Shown one piece after another: positions 25,616 to 39,900 of a stretch of DNA of 64,000 nucleotides. The stretch's first letter is position 1; each line of letters begins with the position of its first letter. This DNA is from Octopus bimaculoides (Eukaryota), in contig NC_069005.1 of the NCBI RefSeq assembly GCF_001194135.2, positions 35,268,993 through 35,332,992 on the forward strand. Direction: 5' to 3'. Made by a program: the position numbers and the translations under genes. Below the pieces are notes generated by a model. It ran no database searches. It worked only from the letters and a program-made list of their open reading frames with translations, and was not told the origin of the DNA.

Positions 25616-28600
25616 GGTCTAAAATTAAGATAAACCGATTCCGGAAAAAAGTGGCTTGTGGCGGATTTGGAGTTCAGATTTGTTGAATGCACTCGAAAAA
25701 AAATATTTCACACCGAAGTATGAACAGGTCCTTTTACGAAATATTTACCTTTGTTATTTCCAGAAAGGCCAACGTTTGAAAGTCCAGTTCATTTATTCCA
25801 TTTTTATCTTTTCTTGTTTCTTTCTAAACATTTTCGTTTCTTTTGCTTTCTCTGTGGCCACTCGGATTGCTAGAAATAACAGCCAAAATGGTGGTGGGCT
25901 GAGGGCAGGTTTATCGAGTGAACAAAGTGATATGCCACAGAAATGCATTGAACCAAATTTGTTCAAATTTATCTTTCCTAATTTCGCTTTTGGCGACAGG
26001 GAGGGGTGGGAGGTGAAAAGGAAAGTCTTCAGCTTTTGCATTTCAAATTTTAAAAATTATTTTACTCTGAAGCTTCTATCTTTTATACGTGTAGCAAGAG
26101 TTGAAAAAGTGGGTATTCCTTCGATATGACTCGACAACTGTCAGTTGAAATGAATGGGTTGTACGTATGTGCGTGCTTGTTCTTGTGTCTGTTCTGGTTT
26201 TATGTGTTATGTGTTGCGGTTGAAGAAAAATTTATGGATTTTACATACACACATGAAGCAGATAAGAACAAACATGCAAAGCTTTTTTACTTCAAGTTTA
26301 AAATGCGACATTGCTGGCATAATTTCGTTATATCTATATTCCACAACACATAAAAACAGAACAGGCACACACACAAACAAGCACAAGTACGGACACACAC
26401 ACAGAGGAACAAGCACTCACTCACGTACACCCCATTAGCTTTCTTGACAGTTGACAAGACACAAAGCACATACTTTTCACAGAAATAGCCAAATTAAAGT
26501 GTTTCGATTTTGTTGAGTCATATCGAAAAGCGTAATTATTTTGATGAAAAACGAAACTATATGATGTCTGTTCGTCTACCACCACCGCTTGACAACATGT
26601 GTTGTTCTGTTTATGCCCCCCCGTAACTTAGTGGATCTATTAAGAGACCGATAAAATAAATACCCAACTTAAAAAGAAATCTGAGGTTTGATTTGTTAGA
26701 CGGAAAACTTTTAGGCGGTTCCCCAGAATGACTGAAACAAAAGATTTTTACTTCTCGATTTTAAATAACAAAATGCATAAGAATAAAATAGATTATAAAC
26801 TTATTACAAAAAAAAAAATGCTCAATAACATTAAGATTATTATTATTTTTATAATATAACGTTGAACATTTTTAAAAAAATGTTATTCGTAAATGCCATT
26901 AAAATACAATAATTTTTATGTGAATCCTCATAGATTTTGTCTACTCTTCTCCCCTTTAACATTTTCCATTCCTAAGGATTGTTTATCAGACTATGTTCTT
27001 TGATGTATTACAGTAGATTAAGTTTTTTTATTTAGCCATAGGTCAGTCCTGATCGTGTAAACCTGTGATCAAAAATCTTTCAGTTATGACCATCTCTTTA
27101 AAACAATTGAGTGAGCTTTGAGGGTGATTTATCTTTTATTTACAGCAGGTCAAGTGACCTCATAAAGGCTCCTTTGTCAGACACTACCACACTTGTATTT
27201 AAGAGGTAAAACTCTCTCCACTCGTCTTTCGACAGCCCATAAAACAGTGACCGACTGATTACAAAGCTCCCTTCTCTGTGGCAGATTTGGCACTCTTCCC
27301 ATATTTGGTGAGAACTGAACTAACACTAGAGTGACTTCCCTTTTCAATGCGCACCGGTCTCGATAGATGGCAGGACTATCGAAACACGTGCTTCCGGTGT
27401 CAATTCTTGTCAATTAACAAATTCTTTGTCCCGTCGTCTTTAATTAATTAATTACTCAGGTAAAAACAGGTAAGACAATGTCACTCACCTTCTCTTATTC
27501 ACCCACTTCTCTTCAAACGCTTTCATGTTGTCACTACAACTGCAATTGTTACTTCATCTCTCCATTAACCTGTATTTAATTCGCCAACCTTCACTAATTA
27601 ACCATATTTAATTAATATACACTAATTATGCTTTATTATTGTTACTCTGTTATAATTAGAGGTGTTAATTATTCCATGTCGTTCACAGATAGGGGCAAAT
27701 GGCACAGTTTCCTCGCCAACAAAAAAGCCGACCTTCCCTCTTATGTCAAAGAACATTCTGTCTTGTTCTAAACACGAAAAAATTCCCTTCTGTCCAGTAA
27801 TTCTGCCTCATTTTCCGTCTCCCTTGCTTTACTATCAGAAGTCTTTCATTAAATAGCATTTCCACACTCTGTCCGCTGCAGTTAATACTCTACTGCTATT
27901 ATTTACTCGACTGTATGACAACAGCTGGCCTGGAATATATTCTTACAAAAGGTGAAATAGCCCAACCCGCATAGGAAACAAAAGAGAGATAAAATGTTGA
28001 TTTAATTCTGTAAATACATGACTGAGCCTTTACTTGCATTTGCCCTGACCAATACCAGTTAGTATCTGAAACTTTTGACCAGAGTTACCGGGTGCCAGTC
28101 TATGAGACTGGGAATCATAAAAGAACCAAATCATCATCATCATCGTTTAACGTCCGCTTTCCATGCTGGCATGGGTTCACACAATATAAAGACTACCGAG
28201 TGGTCGTTCTCCGACTGTAATTCTGCATAAAAACATCACAAGCTGCTTTTTTTTTTATTAAAAAAGAAACAAAGCTTGTTAGTTAAAAACTAACTTTAAT
28301 TAGGTATTTAAATGTTCGTTTCAAGTCCCATTTCCCCATATTTTCGGTAGGTCTACATTGTCCTAGAACTCCGTCCACTTATCTCTGCTATTCTGTGAAG
28401 TTCCAGTTTTCTCAGAAGCATTTCACGAACGATTTCTATTAAAATTTCCACTCTTTACATGTTTTCATATTCTTATAATATTGTAATCCGAGAGATTAGA
28501 ATTACGATCAATAATTACTGCTTCTAATTAGTCTTACAGTCGAAACAACCGTTTAACTTGTCTTATCACTGAATGAAACATTTTAATCTTAAATAAAACA

Positions 28601-28859
28601 CATTAGTTACCTGTAACAAAGGTAGAATGGCTACTTTTTGATTGCCTCAGTTGACGATATGGTGCACACGAATTGAGTGTCTAACTGAAGAAGAAACCTC
28701 CAGTAACTGTAATGTTTGATTATAAAAGTTAATTTCTCTAATCTACTGGATTGTTGGACTTGATGTAAAGAAGATTCAATGGAAAATGCTGGAAGGATTT
28801 TCTGTTCTTTCTTCAGGTTCAGAGAAGATTTGAACTCGGCACTGCAAGCTAGCAAAAAT

Positions 28860-28939
28860 CTTCAGTTACCTCCTTCCTCGCTCTCAAGGGAGAACTGTGT
28901 TTTGCATGCTACATTTTACAGCTAAGTGAACTGTCTACG
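28860..28939 (+). promoter_or_regulatory. putative non-coding first exon / start region of DENR
   Basis: Pyrimidine-rich start (CCTCCTTCCTCGCTCTC) followed by a strong donor ACG|GTAAGA at 28940. The DENR ATG exon has an acceptor at 30072, one base before the ATG, so an upstream UTR exon is expected. The 5' boundary is a guess. Confidence 0.55.
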
Positions 28940-30073
28940 GTAAGAACTTGTCTCCCCTTTGTTCATTCTTTCCCTTCATATACCGTATATTGGAGAAAGA
29001 CTGGTGTGTTGTATCACCTGGTCATTGCATCACCATTCAGTCTCTTTTACTCAAAAAAAAACAGCTTTCTTTTAAATGTATATTATTGAAATGATGAATT
29101 AGGTACAGAGCTTCACTATCATATTAATTCTTGACAGGAACCAATTCTATTGATGAAGTCATCTGCCACTAAATCTATATGTAGTCTAAATTTGCAGAAC
29201 TATCTCACCCATGGGAAATTTAATCTAAAGAAACAACTTGGCAGAATCATTCAATCAAAGCCATCATTCACATGTTTAATTTATAGTTTGGTTGGAAAAC
29301 ATTTTGATTTTCATTTTGCTCTTGTTATAATCTTGCCAAAGTTTTTTAATTTGTGTTTCAGCAATGTTTAATGTCTTTGTATGTATTTTTTAATAAACCT
29401 GTTTTCTCCATCTGAAAGATTGTAACTATTATTGGTAAAGATGATTAATTTGAAAGCTGTTTTCCATGTAGGCATGGTTTGGATAGTTTGATAGAATCTG
29501 ACAAACTTCAATGTCTGTTGTGGCATGGTTTCTATGGCTGGATGCACTTCCTAATGCCAAACACTCTACAGAGTGTACTGGGTGATTTTTTTTCATGCCA
29601 CTGGTACTAGTGTGGTTTCCAAGTAAGTTGCAAGACAGGAAAATAAAAGGAAAAGCCCCCTTGACTAAGTGGGGGGGGGATTATTTGAGAGGGGGAGGTA
29701 GTCTGTTCTATATGTTAATAATATTGTAACATCTATGTTATTTATCTAGTCTCCATATTCTAATTGAGCATGTTGGTAGAGCACAGACGAGATTTTCTCC
29801 TCCTTGAGCTCCCGCCAGTGTCCACCTATCTATTCACTTACACAACATGCTATCTCCCCACTGTATGTGATTAACCTGTTTCTACAGCACACTGTATACT
29901 TGTAGACTGTTGTTTTAATCTTACAGTTTACCTGTGGGTTCATTCTACACACCATACAGTTACTATCCGTACATGGGGTCCTTTCAGATGAATATGTTCT
30001 ATAGATCAGGGATTTTATGAGATCTTATTATAAAGAATGTTTCAATGAAAACTTTTCAAAATTTCTTTTCAGA

Positions 30074-33000
30074 ATGACAACAGCAATTATGGACAATTCT
30101 AAATTTTTTGTCTATGATGGCCCACGTAAAGATGTCAACTACCCTATTGAGGTTTTATATTGTGGAGGTAAACTTATTACAATTGTTTTTGCATTAAATT
30201 AGTGATTCTTTGTAGAGATTGTCTCCCAAATGATTCCCCGTAGAGTTTCTCTCTCAGGGAGTCATCAATCCTGGGATCCTGTTTTAATTTCTGATTGCAC
30301 TGAATTCCTTTTACTTATGATACTTGTTTGTTTTAGCCATCATGGTTAAGGCCAAGCTGGAGCGCTATGAATCTATTGTTTTTGTGGAAGAAATCATAAT
30401 TTTACTTGCATTTTGTAATCTTCCTGAACAATATGCTACACTGAGTGGTGTTTGCTAAATATAACAGTGGTCAGTGGTTCACTTAAGTGGTCAGTGATGA
30501 TCAACTCCAAAAATATTTTGACAGTTTATCCAAATGTGAAATTTCTATCCATCTTACTAATACTGAGTTAACTAATTGATGTGTATTTATATTTACACAC
30601 ACACACACACGTAGCTCCCTCTCTCCTACCTATTGTATTGATTACATTACCCTGGATGAATAGAGACAACATTGAACAGTGAGGATCCCTCTTTTGTTGG
30701 GTACAGGGCAATATTATTAGAATGGATGTTGCAGAAAAATGATTGGTTAATGAACAGCAACATCAAAGGTCAAGAAGTCCTCGTCTTGTTGGCAGCTTTC
30801 CTCATACTGATGCCACGATAAAATACATTAATGTACATTGTGTAAAGTGGTTGGTGTTTGGGAGAGCCTCCAGTTATAGGAATCACGTACCTACCAACCC
30901 AATCAAGAACTCTGCTCAATCTCAGTCAACTTTACCATCCTGCCAAATTTGAGACCTTCCAAAATTAGTATTAAAAAAAAGACAACCTATATAAACAATG
31001 ACACGAATATCTTCATTGAAACCACCCTAAATATGTTGATTATGGGAACACCTCTGATATTATTATTAGGAAATCTTTTGTAATGCACTTTCTTACAACT
31101 AGAACAATGACAGTGGTTTTGTTTCCCTTTTATTAATCAAGATAAAATAAGTAAATTGTGATTCATTATGTTTTATGCCTGCTATAAAATGTTAAAATCA
31201 TTTCTACTTCATCTGTGAATATTTTTTTTTCTTCTTTGCAGAATGTACAATGCCGGTGGAGGTAAGTCAGATTAATGGCTTGTAGTGTTCATGTTTTCTG
31301 AAGTATTGTGATTCAACATCATTGAACATTTGTTTTCCCTGCTGGCAGAGGCTGGATGGTTTGACTGGAGGAACTGATAAGGCTAGGGGGCCTGCCCCAC
31401 ACTCCATAGTCAATTCTAGCATGGTTTCTATGACCAGATGCAAACCATTCCATAGAGTGTACTGGGTGCTTTTAACCTGGCACCAACACGAGTGCTTTGT
31501 ATGTGGAACCAGCACTAGTACTGCTGTTGCAGACAGGTCTTCACGAGTATGTTAAGGTACCAGATACCTCAGTCCTCTGTCTTTGTAAGTCTTGAGATTG
31601 GGCTTCAATACTTCTTGCGTGTCTCTCTTCCACAAATTCCATCCACTTTAAGTGATCAGAGCTTCTGTATGCAACTGTTTGCAATCCATATGCAGTAGAG
31701 CAATGTCCATTCCTTTATCTATTTTGTCAATTGACGGCCCTGTCTGTTGAATGTGAGTTTTTAATTGCTTAAGATTCTAACAATTTTGGTTTGGTTTCTT
31801 GCAGTATTGTGAATACTATCCAAATTATGAAAGATGTAAAGTTTGGCTTGAAAAAAACATGCCTGATCAATTCAAAAAACTCATGGCTGGCAAAGGTGAG
31901 TTTTCATGTGAAGGATTGTTATCTTCATTTCATTGTTTTCATTCAAAGTTTGTTAAATCTTCATTTTGAGGGAGGATTATGTTTGAATTCATAATTGTTT
32001 CATTAGAAATTCTGTGATTTCCTAAAAGAAGTTCAGCTGTTTGGAAGCCAAATTCTTTGTCAATGTCACAACTTCAACAAACTCTGACAAACTGTTCTGC
32101 AGCTGAAGTTTGGTTTGTACTTTTGCTGCACTCGTCAGGTGAAAATGAATTTTGATTATTAAAAATTCTTTTTGAAGTTCCTCTACGGTTAAAAAGATAT
32201 TTTAAATTTCTTTTGAAAGATCTGATGGATTTTATTAAGTATTTCTAAATGTTATGTTTCGTAAGAAAACAAATTTGTTAGAGAGAGAAAATCAGGTGTA
32301 GTGTCGGCTATGTTACCTGTACGATATCTTTGTGTTTTAAGCTTGGTCATCTTTACTTAAACGTTTTTTAAAAAATTTTCTACACAATTGTAACAAAGTC
32401 TTGCCATGACTTCATAACTATTTCATCTTGGTGGCATGGTTCGTATGCACATTAGAGTTATTAGGTTGGGGGTAGTTAAAGGGGAAATGGCTGGATTTTG
32501 GATTGTAAAAGGTGCTACATTCACTTGCAAAATTTTGTCTTTCTTTATTAACCCCTCTTTCATCTGTCTTTACAATTATTCTCATTATTATTGCAATACT
32601 TTAATTCTTGCTTTATTTATTGTTCAGGAGATGAAAATTTAGGTTCGGAAGAAACTGAAGAGAAGAAGAAACGACAGACCCGGGGTGGTAGGGGTGTGAT
32701 AAAGGCTAAAAAGAAAACTGAACCACAAGGTCTGAAGCTGTCCACGGCTACGAGAGGCAAGAAGAAACGAGTAACAGTTGTTGCTGGACTTGCTACTTAT
32801 GGTATGTACTGTGTTTAAGTCGATTAGGGTCAAATTGAATGTTACAATCAATAAATCGATTCACAGTTGAATTTAGTCTCACTAAATTTTACATTGCATG
32901 TTGCAATAAAGGTATCTCAAACTGCTTAAATGTGACATCTGTCATGTTGTAATAGATGTAGATAGGTAGTGTAACACTGTGGTATCTCGTATCACAATAG

Positions 33001-35828
33001 AACCACTAAATATGTCTCTTTACACATTCACAACTGATTATTTTAGAGTTCTTTGTCCACTTCGTTTGTACTGACTTATTAGATTAAAAACAGAATCCAA
33101 AAACACTGGTGGTTTGTGTTGGTAAGACTTATATTTGTTTAGAAAAACCAACAGAAAGAGTACAGGGGAAGTATCTGAAATATATTCCATTCCTCTGTCA
33201 CTCTCACTAGCATAGTTCACATGGCTGTAAATGGGTACCACAAAGAAGTACAACTTCTTATAAACACTGTATGTGATTAAATGACAGTGCCGAGTACAAA
33301 TCCTGCCATTGCTATATCATTTCTAAAATGAATCCTATCAAGTTAATATAGTTATGAATACATCTAACGATCAATTACGAACTGGATAAAACAATCACTA
33401 ATTGTTTTATTTGCATAAGAGATTGAAAATGAGAAATATCAGCTCATCTTTTTGAGGAATATGTTTGTACTATCTTTTGATGAAACCAAAAGTATATTGT
33501 TTTGTTTCTCAGTATATTTTAGCATCTCTTTGTCTTCACATAGCTCCACTAACCACATGGCAACTATAGTTCCCCATGTGGCTCCACTGATTGCATGGCA
33601 GCTGCAGCTCTCAATTAGAAACTCTCATCTCTTCATTCCAGTGACAATCACTGGTTCCAGATAGTTGGTTGATGCCATGCTGCTTCAAAAAAACCCAATG
33701 CTTTTGATGTAGACAGCTGTATTTCTTTTTTGATTATATCCACAGACATTGATCTGAAAGAAGCCAGTAAATACTTTGCCACAAAGTTTTCTTGTGGTTC
33801 ATCAGTGACTGCCGATGAGATTGTTATCCAGGGAGATGTAAAAGATGAATTGTTTGATATCATCCCAGAAAAGTGGCCTCAGGTAAGTGACTTTGTCTGG
33901 GTGGAATTATAAACCGCATCATGAGATGCTTGTTTTTCCAGGCTCTTATAGGATGGTTGATTCTCACCACTTGTCATGGTCCTTCCACATGTCTTATCCA
34001 AACTCATGCTAGCATGGAAAGCGGACGTTAAACGAACGATGATGAATATCAATGGTTTTTCCTTTTTTTTTTCTTTTTACAATGGTTAATGTCTCTTTAC
34101 TCTTCCTACCACCAACCACTTTACAATGAAGGGTCTTTGGCTCTTCATCATCAATGTATCACTGGTTGCGTAGATGACCTCAGCCACTTGTCATTTCCTT
34201 GACAAGACTGAGGGACACAGCCTCTGCCACTATTTTAATATTTGCCTTGTCTTCCTTGCTCTGGTGTGTATGGTTTCCCAAGCCCTGTCGGTTGCCATTC
34301 CTTCTGAACCTTTAAATCTCCTTCCTGAGGGGCAATATTCTCTGGTCAGTCTTCACCACTTCATTCCTTGTCTTCCGAGGTTTCCTTTTCCAACAAATTC
34401 TAACCTCTTTGAGCAGCTTGCACTTAATATATATTCATCATTGTTTTAACATCCACTTTTCCATGCTTGCATGGGCAGGATGGAATTTGCTGAGACAACT
34501 TTTCTATGGATAAATGCCTTTATTTGTTTCCAAGCATGGTAGTATTTCCTTCATTACCAGACATGTTTTCAGGGAAGAATGGAAACAAATAAGATGGCTT
34601 GTGTGAAGCTGACATTCCTTGAAAACTATTGTACAATGTCAGAACAGACACACACATACATATACGCACAATATACAACAGGCTTCTTGAAGTTTCCATC
34701 TATCAAGTCCACTCACAAGGTTTTGGTTATGCTGGGGCAAAAGTAGAAGACACTTGCCTATAGTGCCTTGCAGTGGGACTGCATCTGAAAGCTCATGGTT
34801 GGAAAGCAAACTTGTGTGTGTATTCACTATAGAAGCAGGAAATTTGAAGATACAAAACAAAGTGCTGATGACTCATGAAGCAGGAGTGATGATGCACAGG
34901 ACTGGAGGAAGTTATCCACTTGTTATTAGAATGGCAGTTGAGGCTGGGATGTCTAATATCTACATTTTATCTCTCTCCCACTGTTGTCTTTTTTTCTATT
35001 TATTGTGTATGGAACGGTATTTGATCTTTCTGTAGTCAATCCCTCCATCCACCATCACCTTTCTTCCATTGTGACATTTTGTGTTACAAGCATCCCTTTA
35101 GAATGATCAATCAATATTCACCAATTGATCTTTCATGAACAACAAACGCCATATTCTGTTGCAGTCTGCCATTGTCTCTTCTTATAGATTCTATTTTTAG
35201 CACCATTTTGCAAGGTTGTGTCTTTATCCCAAATATTTTTCATAATGTGATTAAGGCATTTCTTGTCCTTAACATTATTTGTGTTTGGAGATTGAGATAA
35301 CAAGCTGAGCCATGGTCTGTCTTGTTAAGTATTTGGTTTTAAGGGTAACCATCAAAGACCCCCATCTTTGGCACGAATGGATACCACCAGATTGATTGTA
35401 TCCTGGTAAAGTCTGTTTCTTCTTATCGTTGCATTATATCAGTTACATCTGTGGTCTACAAACGACAATTTCACTACATTTCTACCGTGGACTAATGAAA
35501 GTTGTTTTTTGTCCCCTGGGGGTGCTGTATTGGTGTTTAATAGACTGACATTAAGAGTTGGCCAACTGTGACTCACAATTTAAATTAAATTGGTCCAAAA
35601 GAATAGCCTTAAGCAACAGATTTAAAGAGCTTCATATGGGATGGGATTGAATAAATGAGCAGACCTGGTGTTGTTTTAGTCCTTGGTCAGCCCTGTTTGA
35701 GGAGATATCATCAGAATCATGTATGCTATGTTTTGTTTTTATATTTTGTTTATTATTATTATTATTATTTTTTCTTCTGTTAGATTGATGAAGACAATAT
35801 TGACGATCTTGGAGAACAGAAGAAGTGA
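30074..35828 (+). CDS. DENR: Density-regulated protein (translation re-initiation factor, SUI1/eIF1-like domain)
   Basis: Coding exons 30074-30167, 31242-31261, 31805-31895, 32628-32801, 33746-33882, 35784-35828, all phase-consistent. Motifs: [20 protein letters not shown] (zinc-binding Cys), [71 protein letters not shown]. Confidence 0.96.
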
Positions 35829-36965
35829 CATTTGTTTCCAGATTCATCCATGCCAGCGCCATGAGGTATCACTTGCTGAACTTTGAGCTGCTCTCTCTCT
35901 TTCTCTCTCCCTCCACCCGGCAGCGTTTGCCATTTTGTTGCCAAAATGTGATTCTTCTTGCATTATCACAGATTTCAAATTGAAAAATACTATATCAAAT
36001 GCAAGAAAAAATATAAGTATATATATATCTCAATATATATATCTATAAAGAAACGTCCAAACTGAGTTTGATTTATTGTTATTAGTGAGGAGGGGGGGGG
36101 CAGTGGATTGAACAGAATTATTGGAGCAGCTGACAAAATGCTATGCAGTATTTTTTCTGGCTCTTTATGTTCCAAGTTCAAATTCTGCTGAGGCCAACTT
36201 TACCTTTCTTCTTTTTGGGGTTGATGAAATAAAGTACCAATGAAGTACTTCGTTTGATACAATTGACCATTCTTTCCTCCAAAACATCTGTTGTTGTGTC
36301 TTTATTATTGAAGAGAAGACAGAATGGATTGAAGAATGCTGTCTCTGAAATTGAATTCTTTTCTTTGATGTTCCTGCTTTACTTTGTCCTTTTGGCTCAG
36401 GTTTTTTTTTCCCCCACTAGATTTACAGATCCTCTATTTTTACAGGGGAGGGGAAAATAGGAAATTATCATCCTGTAACAAATTTTGATTGTCTTAAAAA
36501 ATCCCTTTAAATTCTAGGAAAAAAAAAAAAATGGTGGGAGGGATAATTTTGGCCAGTTTTGTATAAAAATTTTTATTGCCATGAAACTTCCATAATTTAA
36601 ATATTTATTTTTTTGCCAAGATACGATAATCCTATTTGGAGGTGATAGTTCTGTGTAATGTTACCTGTGAAAAACACTAAGATTTAATGACCAAGAGAAG
36701 TATTTAGTTATTTTTGCTATCATTCTTTTAATGAATATTAGTCTCCAACGAAAACTAGAAATTGAATTTTCATACTATATTATTCTTAAACTTTCTAAAG
36801 CTTCCATAAATGTAGGAAAAAAACTTAATTTCTGATATATAAGTTGGTTCAATTATTTAGGTCGGATGTAAATGAATTTGGTAACCTTGGCTGGAGTGGA
36901 GGATGTGTGTGTGTGTGTGTGTGTGCAAAGAGTGAAGGCTAATGGGATACTTCTTTTAAAAAGAC

Positions 36966-39900
36966 TCAGTGATGGATCTTAGACAAAAGATCATGTACTA
37001 CCATTGTGTAGGCTCTTCTTTCCTCTTCTAAATTATGGTATGTCTCAATGCCATGTTTTGCTGCCATCACAATTTCATTGTATAAAGTTGGATCACGAAG
37101 TAATAATTTGGCTTTTTTCAAGAACTCCTACAAAAAACAAACAATAATGAAGTTATTCCCTGAAGAATTCAGCTTTTGATTTTAGATCTGAATTATTTAA
37201 AAATATACTTTGAAATGACTCGACATTTAAAAATTATTTTCTAATTAAAAGGAGAGTGTCTGTTACCATTTTCTGAGTCTCCAAGACAGATGGGAGGAAC
37301 AAAGTAAGTTCTCTTTAGACAGGATACTTAGCTGAATGCTTTTGACTGAGTGCATTCTACTAAAATGCACCGAAATCTCAGTTTACCCTAAGCTATATGT
37401 ACGATAAACATATATATACATGCACATTCATTTTATATATATATATCTTGATAGAAAATAGGGACTGAAGTCAACTACATCAATCAGTATTTGATGTGAA
37501 AAATCTGGCTGACAGAATGTTAAATGAGAACTATGGGAATGTTTTTCAGTTGGGTGGTGCATTAATCACAGAGTAGAGCTGTAATCAGAGACTCAAAAAA
37601 TGAAAATGTTAATTTTATTCAAGGTTTTGATCATTTTGAATGGCTAGAGGAAATATTTTCTTGTTATACAATGATTTCAATGTATAATCAATCAATGAAT
37701 ATATGTATATGTATATATATAATGTATACATATATGTATATATAATGTATATATATATATGTGTGTTTGTCTCCCCACCATCGCTCGACAACTGATGCTG
37801 GTGTGTTTACATCCCTGCAACTTAGCAGTTCGGCAAAAAGAGACCGATAGAATAAGTACTAGGCTTACAAAGAATAAGTCCCGGGTCGATTTGCTCGACT
37901 AAAGGCGGTGCTCCAGCATGGCCGCAGTCAAATGACTGAAACAAGTAACATTACACATCCTATAGAACTGCCCCTCCATTTGTTCATTTAGTTTCAAATC
38001 TCCAATTATAACCGTGGATATATAAGAGTAAGTTTCTTTTCCTCTAAATTCACTCTACTAGCATTCTTTTAAAACTTGACATTTTGCTCTGTCAGGGACA
38101 GTGAATTTGGCAAGTCTATACTAAAACAAAGAAGGTAATTTGATACGTCAATTGAACCATTGGGATGGGCAGTTCTTGATGTTTATAACTGATATGTTTG
38201 TTGGAAACTGAAAATCTATCATAACTTTAAGGTCTGAAAGGTATTAGTTGATGGTTTAACTGCTTAATTAATTAATTAAGCATTCAAACCAGTGTATAGT
38301 AATGAAATAGTTCTTCTAGCCAATCAAAATGATTGCAACCTTCATGTTATGTAACAATATCATCTTCACTTTTCAGTCTGTTTGTTCTGTGTGTGTGTGT
38401 GTGTATGTATGTATATATATATATATGCATATATTCTCATAAAAATTAAGCAAACTAAAAGTAACACTGACCTGGGGTGTATTATAAAGGAGAGCAGATT
38501 TACCATCCTGGAGAATAGCAGAATTGCCGGGAATGTTGCGAGCAATCACTGGAGTGCCAAGTTGCATTGCCTTAAATTTGATAAAAAAGAAAGAAAATGG
38601 TATTTGGAGATTATGGGTTTTGAATGACATGAAGTAAGAACAACAGAAATAATGGATTTGTTACACATTTACTGAAATAAAAGTAATAATCCCATTTGTA
38701 ATTTAAGTATTTGTCCACAATTTTTGTTGGTGGTAAACTGGTAGAATTGGTGGAGTGGAGGAGAAAGTGTTTTCTTCCAATAAAGAACCGACCCAGGGCA
38801 GTGGATTGGTGGAAGAAGTAGAGTACTGGATGAAATGTAATTGCAGTAATTGTTGGTTCCGTATTTTGTGAGTTGATTTAATCTGTCATTTGGTTCCTTA
38901 CCACCACCGCCCTGTCACTGTGTTCAATGGAGTTTACTCTGTTACATGCATTCAAAACAAATCTTTGCTTTGCCTTCCACCAGTGTTGGAACCCCTAAAA
39001 GTATAATGGGTCAAAGGTGCTAGCCTTTCTTTTCTGACATAAGAAAAAAAAAAAATCTACAGAATTGTTGTTGAAGACTACCATATTGGATTATTTAGCA
39101 TGAAATTCACATTAATATCTTTTGTATTGATATTCTCAGAGTTGATGGTCACATCAGACATGTCTAGCAACATATGTTCTCTGCTTATCTGGATCAGGTG
39201 GTTTACATAAGGCAATGTTCAACAGTGAAATGCCCATGTTATGAATCCTTTCAGTCACCCCCTTACAACATGCAGGGCAACAGTATATCTCTTCTGAAAC
39301 TAAGATACACATGCAATTAAAACTAAGACTTCATAGGCACAGGTTCAGTCCCACTGTGTGGTACCACCTTGGCCAAGTGTCTTCTACTATAGCCCGAAGC
39401 CAACCAGAGCTTGTGAATAGATTTGGTAGAAAGAAACTGAAAGAAGCCCATTGTGTGTGTGTGTATATATATATATATCTGTGCTTGTGTCTGTGTTGGT
39501 CTCCCACCACTGCTTGACAACTAGTATTGGTGTGGTTGTGTCCCTGTAACTTAGTGGTTTGGCAAAAGAAACTGATAGAATAAATACTAAGCCTAAAAAA
39601 GTCCTGGGGTTAATTTGACTAAGACAATGAGGGAACACCTACACAAGCAACCTGCTAGAAATAACATCTTATCTTAAAAAAAGAAAAGATACATTGCTTA
39701 ATGAAATTCTAGATGTACGAAATGAAATGGTCAAGGCTGGAATGTCTTCCATCTCAGGATCGGTTGGAGTCTGATGGCAGCAAGGCTATCTACCACCACC
39801 ACCCCCCTGCAAATGAATGGATACTTCCTCATGAAAAGCAATAATAGCAGTAAAAAAAAAAAAAATTACCTCCAAAATTGCTGTTGACATTCCTTCACTG

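Noticed and set aside
25656-26129. 157-aa plus-strand ORF
   Set aside because: F/I/S/K-rich translation typical of AT-rich non-coding DNA; weak start and no motif.
30494-30566. GTGATGA...CTGA pair in a DENR intron resembling a C/D-box snoRNA
   Set aside because: No convincing terminal stem, no C'/D' boxes and no guide I could match to rRNA.
33795-33820. DENR loop one residue shorter than human (SVTADEIV vs SVTGEDEII)
   Set aside because: This loop varies in length among orthologues as I recall them, and the frame is intact.
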